Assembly: GCA_002269645.1 (NCBI GenBank) | Contig: NIVC01000024.1 | Span: 682,001 to 746,000 of the forward strand | Source of the DNA: Macrostomum lignano | Taxonomy: Eukaryota | Direction: 5' to 3' | Length of the DNA stretch: 64,000 nucleotides | Shown here: positions 62,136-64,000 of the stretch, piece after piece | Numbering within the stretch: position 1 is the first letter of the stretch | Layout of the letters: every line of letters begins with the position of its first letter | The notes under the pieces: generated by a model | Database searches by the model: none | Seen by the model: only the letters and a program-made list of their open reading frames with translations | What the model was told of the DNA's origin: nothing | Made by a program: the position numbers and the translations under genes

Positions 62136-62852
62136 TCAGACCAGGCGGAACTTCACCCAGTCGGCGCTCGTCTCGATCTCCGCCTCCACCTGAGCGTCGG
62201 TGAACAGCAGCAGGCGGCAGGCTCTCAGCTTGCTGTTGTACAGCACGTGTCTGCAGCTGCCGTCACTCATAGCGGCTGCAACGCACTCAACAGCGCTGCT
62301 CACATTCGGCACATCGGTGAAGCAGTACTCAGTGTTGTAGGTGGCTCTCTTGAACGACACCTTCTTCCAATTGGCGAGCTTCCGGTAAGCAGAGGGGTCC
62401 TTGTACTCGCAAGCGTATCCAAAGTTACGCTTGCAGTTGGCGTCTCTGAGTTTTCCGAGTTCGTTCATCCGAATGCAGTTTTCATCAGCACCTCCTGATG
62501 GTTCACTTGTGTAAAACAGACCCTCAGGACTGGCGATGCCGTTCCCGTTGACCCTCTGCCAGCCGTCTCTCTTGTTGCCTCTTTCATCGACCAGGTCGCT
62601 CAATCCGAGCCACAGCTGGCAGCCGCAGGATGAGCTGATGCCGCTGCGATTCAGTGCCAGGATGGAGCTGTGCGAGTTGAGCAGCTCGCCTCCGATCGAT
62701 GCGCACTGCCGATTGGCTGAGCACCAGCTGTGGCTGTGAGCTGTGCTCACGAACAGGCACAGACCGGCCTGCATGGTGAACGGTGCGGGACACAGCAGGG
62801 CCTGCGACTGCAGCAGCTGGCAGCTCAGCAGCAGCAGCAGCAGCGCATGCAT
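62136..62852 (-). CDS. Secreted C-type lectin + PAN/apple-like protein, paralogue 4 (238 aa from MHALLLL)
   Basis: Homologous to paralogues 1 and 2; EPS motif in the CTLD. Confidence 0.88.
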   Translation of the reverse strand: MHALLLLLLSCQLLQSQALLCPAPFTMQAGLCLFVSTAHSHSWCSANRQCASIGGELLNSHSSILALNRSGISSSCGCQLWLGLSDLVDERGNKRDGWQRVNGNGIASPEGLFYTSEPSGGADENCIRMNELGKLRDANCKRNFGYACEYKDPSAYRKLANWKKVSFKRATYNTEYCFTDVPNVSSAVECVAAAMSDGSCRHVLYNSKLRACRLLLFTDAQVEAEIETSADWVKFRLV

Positions 62853-64000
62853 TTGGCGATGCTCTCTGAACCTAAAAAGCGTAAATTTCAGGCCACGAGA
62901 ATTCGTAGGAATGCTCATTATTTCTATATGATTTAATGGCATTTTGATTCTTGCCTTTTTGTTGTTGTTCGATTCTTTGCTGCAAAAATTTGATTCCGCC
63001 TGCAGTCACTTGTCGCTTTCTTCTACTGTTGGGTGTCTCGATCTGACTGTCTCAATGTCTGTGAAAATCCCTTGACGATGCAGATACAATCCTATCTCCT
63101 CTCTTATTCCATTTTCTTCTTCATTTTGCAATGTCGATTTTGGGGAACAGTTTTATTTCCAAATTTGTGTAGGAAGACGCCACATCCGGGGTTTATTGAC
63201 AGTCGTGAGCTGGCAAGAGTTGCATTTGCTGTGTCCATTATCCGCTGTGGAAGGGTAAACTTTACCAAAACTTTTGGCCACGTGATGCATCCAAGACTGA
63301 ACTTGGTATGGTTGGCTTTGAGACTTCAATTAGCAGCAATATCCCTTTTTTGACTTTCTTGTCCAGCAGTTCTTTTGCTATTGTGCCGGGCACTCTTGCA
63401 GTGCGAGCGCACCGCGTCCTCTGATGCGTTTGAGTCATACCCATGTGGATTGCGGAACCTTCCTTTCTAATTTCTCTCAAGCTCGCAGTAAATCGAACAT
63501 TATTGGCGTTTTTACCTCTTATATTGCATCGGTTTTTGCGAGCCTGTGAGAGTGCAAGGAGGGGGGCTGTTTGGGTGTTGGCTGTGTGGTGGAGTGGTGG
63601 GTCCGTTGTTCACGCCGTGTGCCTATTTAGGCCGCCACCGTTGTGGCTACTGGGGGTTGGCTCGGCCTACTAATGGCAATAAGCAAGAGCTGACAAATTG
63701 CCTGAACCGTTGCATTGCCAAGTAGCTCGAGCGGCAGGCTTTGGAGCAGGACAGAAGCTCATCCCGTCATACTCAAGATGACAAGAAGGGCACCACCAAC
63801 GAATGCTTGCAGAAGGGGAGACAAGGAAGTCTGTCGTTGGACTGACAAGGCCTGTGCGGTTAGGGCACGTCAGTCCAGAGTCGCTGTCGTTTGACTTTAA
63901 CGATAAACGTTTGGTTCAACTTTATCGACGTACTTGGGGGCACAGGACTCGAAGTCCTCCGCCGGGTCACCATGTGCCCCCACGGAGGAACTTCCCTAAA

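Overview
Eukaryotic, intron-containing genomic DNA from an invertebrate. The very high minisatellite density, short introns and gene content suggest a flatworm such as Macrostomum; this is an inference only. Most long ORFs in the supplied track are artefacts of tandem repeats. Genes reconstructed by hand from splice signals and reading phase: (1) a ~21-kb minus-strand gene (6967-28083+) with an RIIa docking/dimerisation domain (Sp17/ropporin type), two IQ calmodulin-binding motifs, repeat-encoded acidic spacers and apparently three alternative N-termini; (2) an intact 3-exon class A GPCR (32765-34442, +); (3) a family of single-exon secreted C-type lectin + PAN/apple-like genes on the minus strand (three intact, one pseudogene) with near-identical ends and a divergent ligand-binding centre; (4) malonyl-CoA decarboxylase (MLYCD, 43235-49290, +) with minisatellite-filled introns; (5) a small GPI-anchored Ly6/uPAR gene (54230-54687, +). 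The rest consists of Ty3/gypsy, RTE-like and other LINE remnants, a tRNA-derived SINE and about 20 mini/microsatellites. No prokaryotic features or CRISPR arrays were seen.
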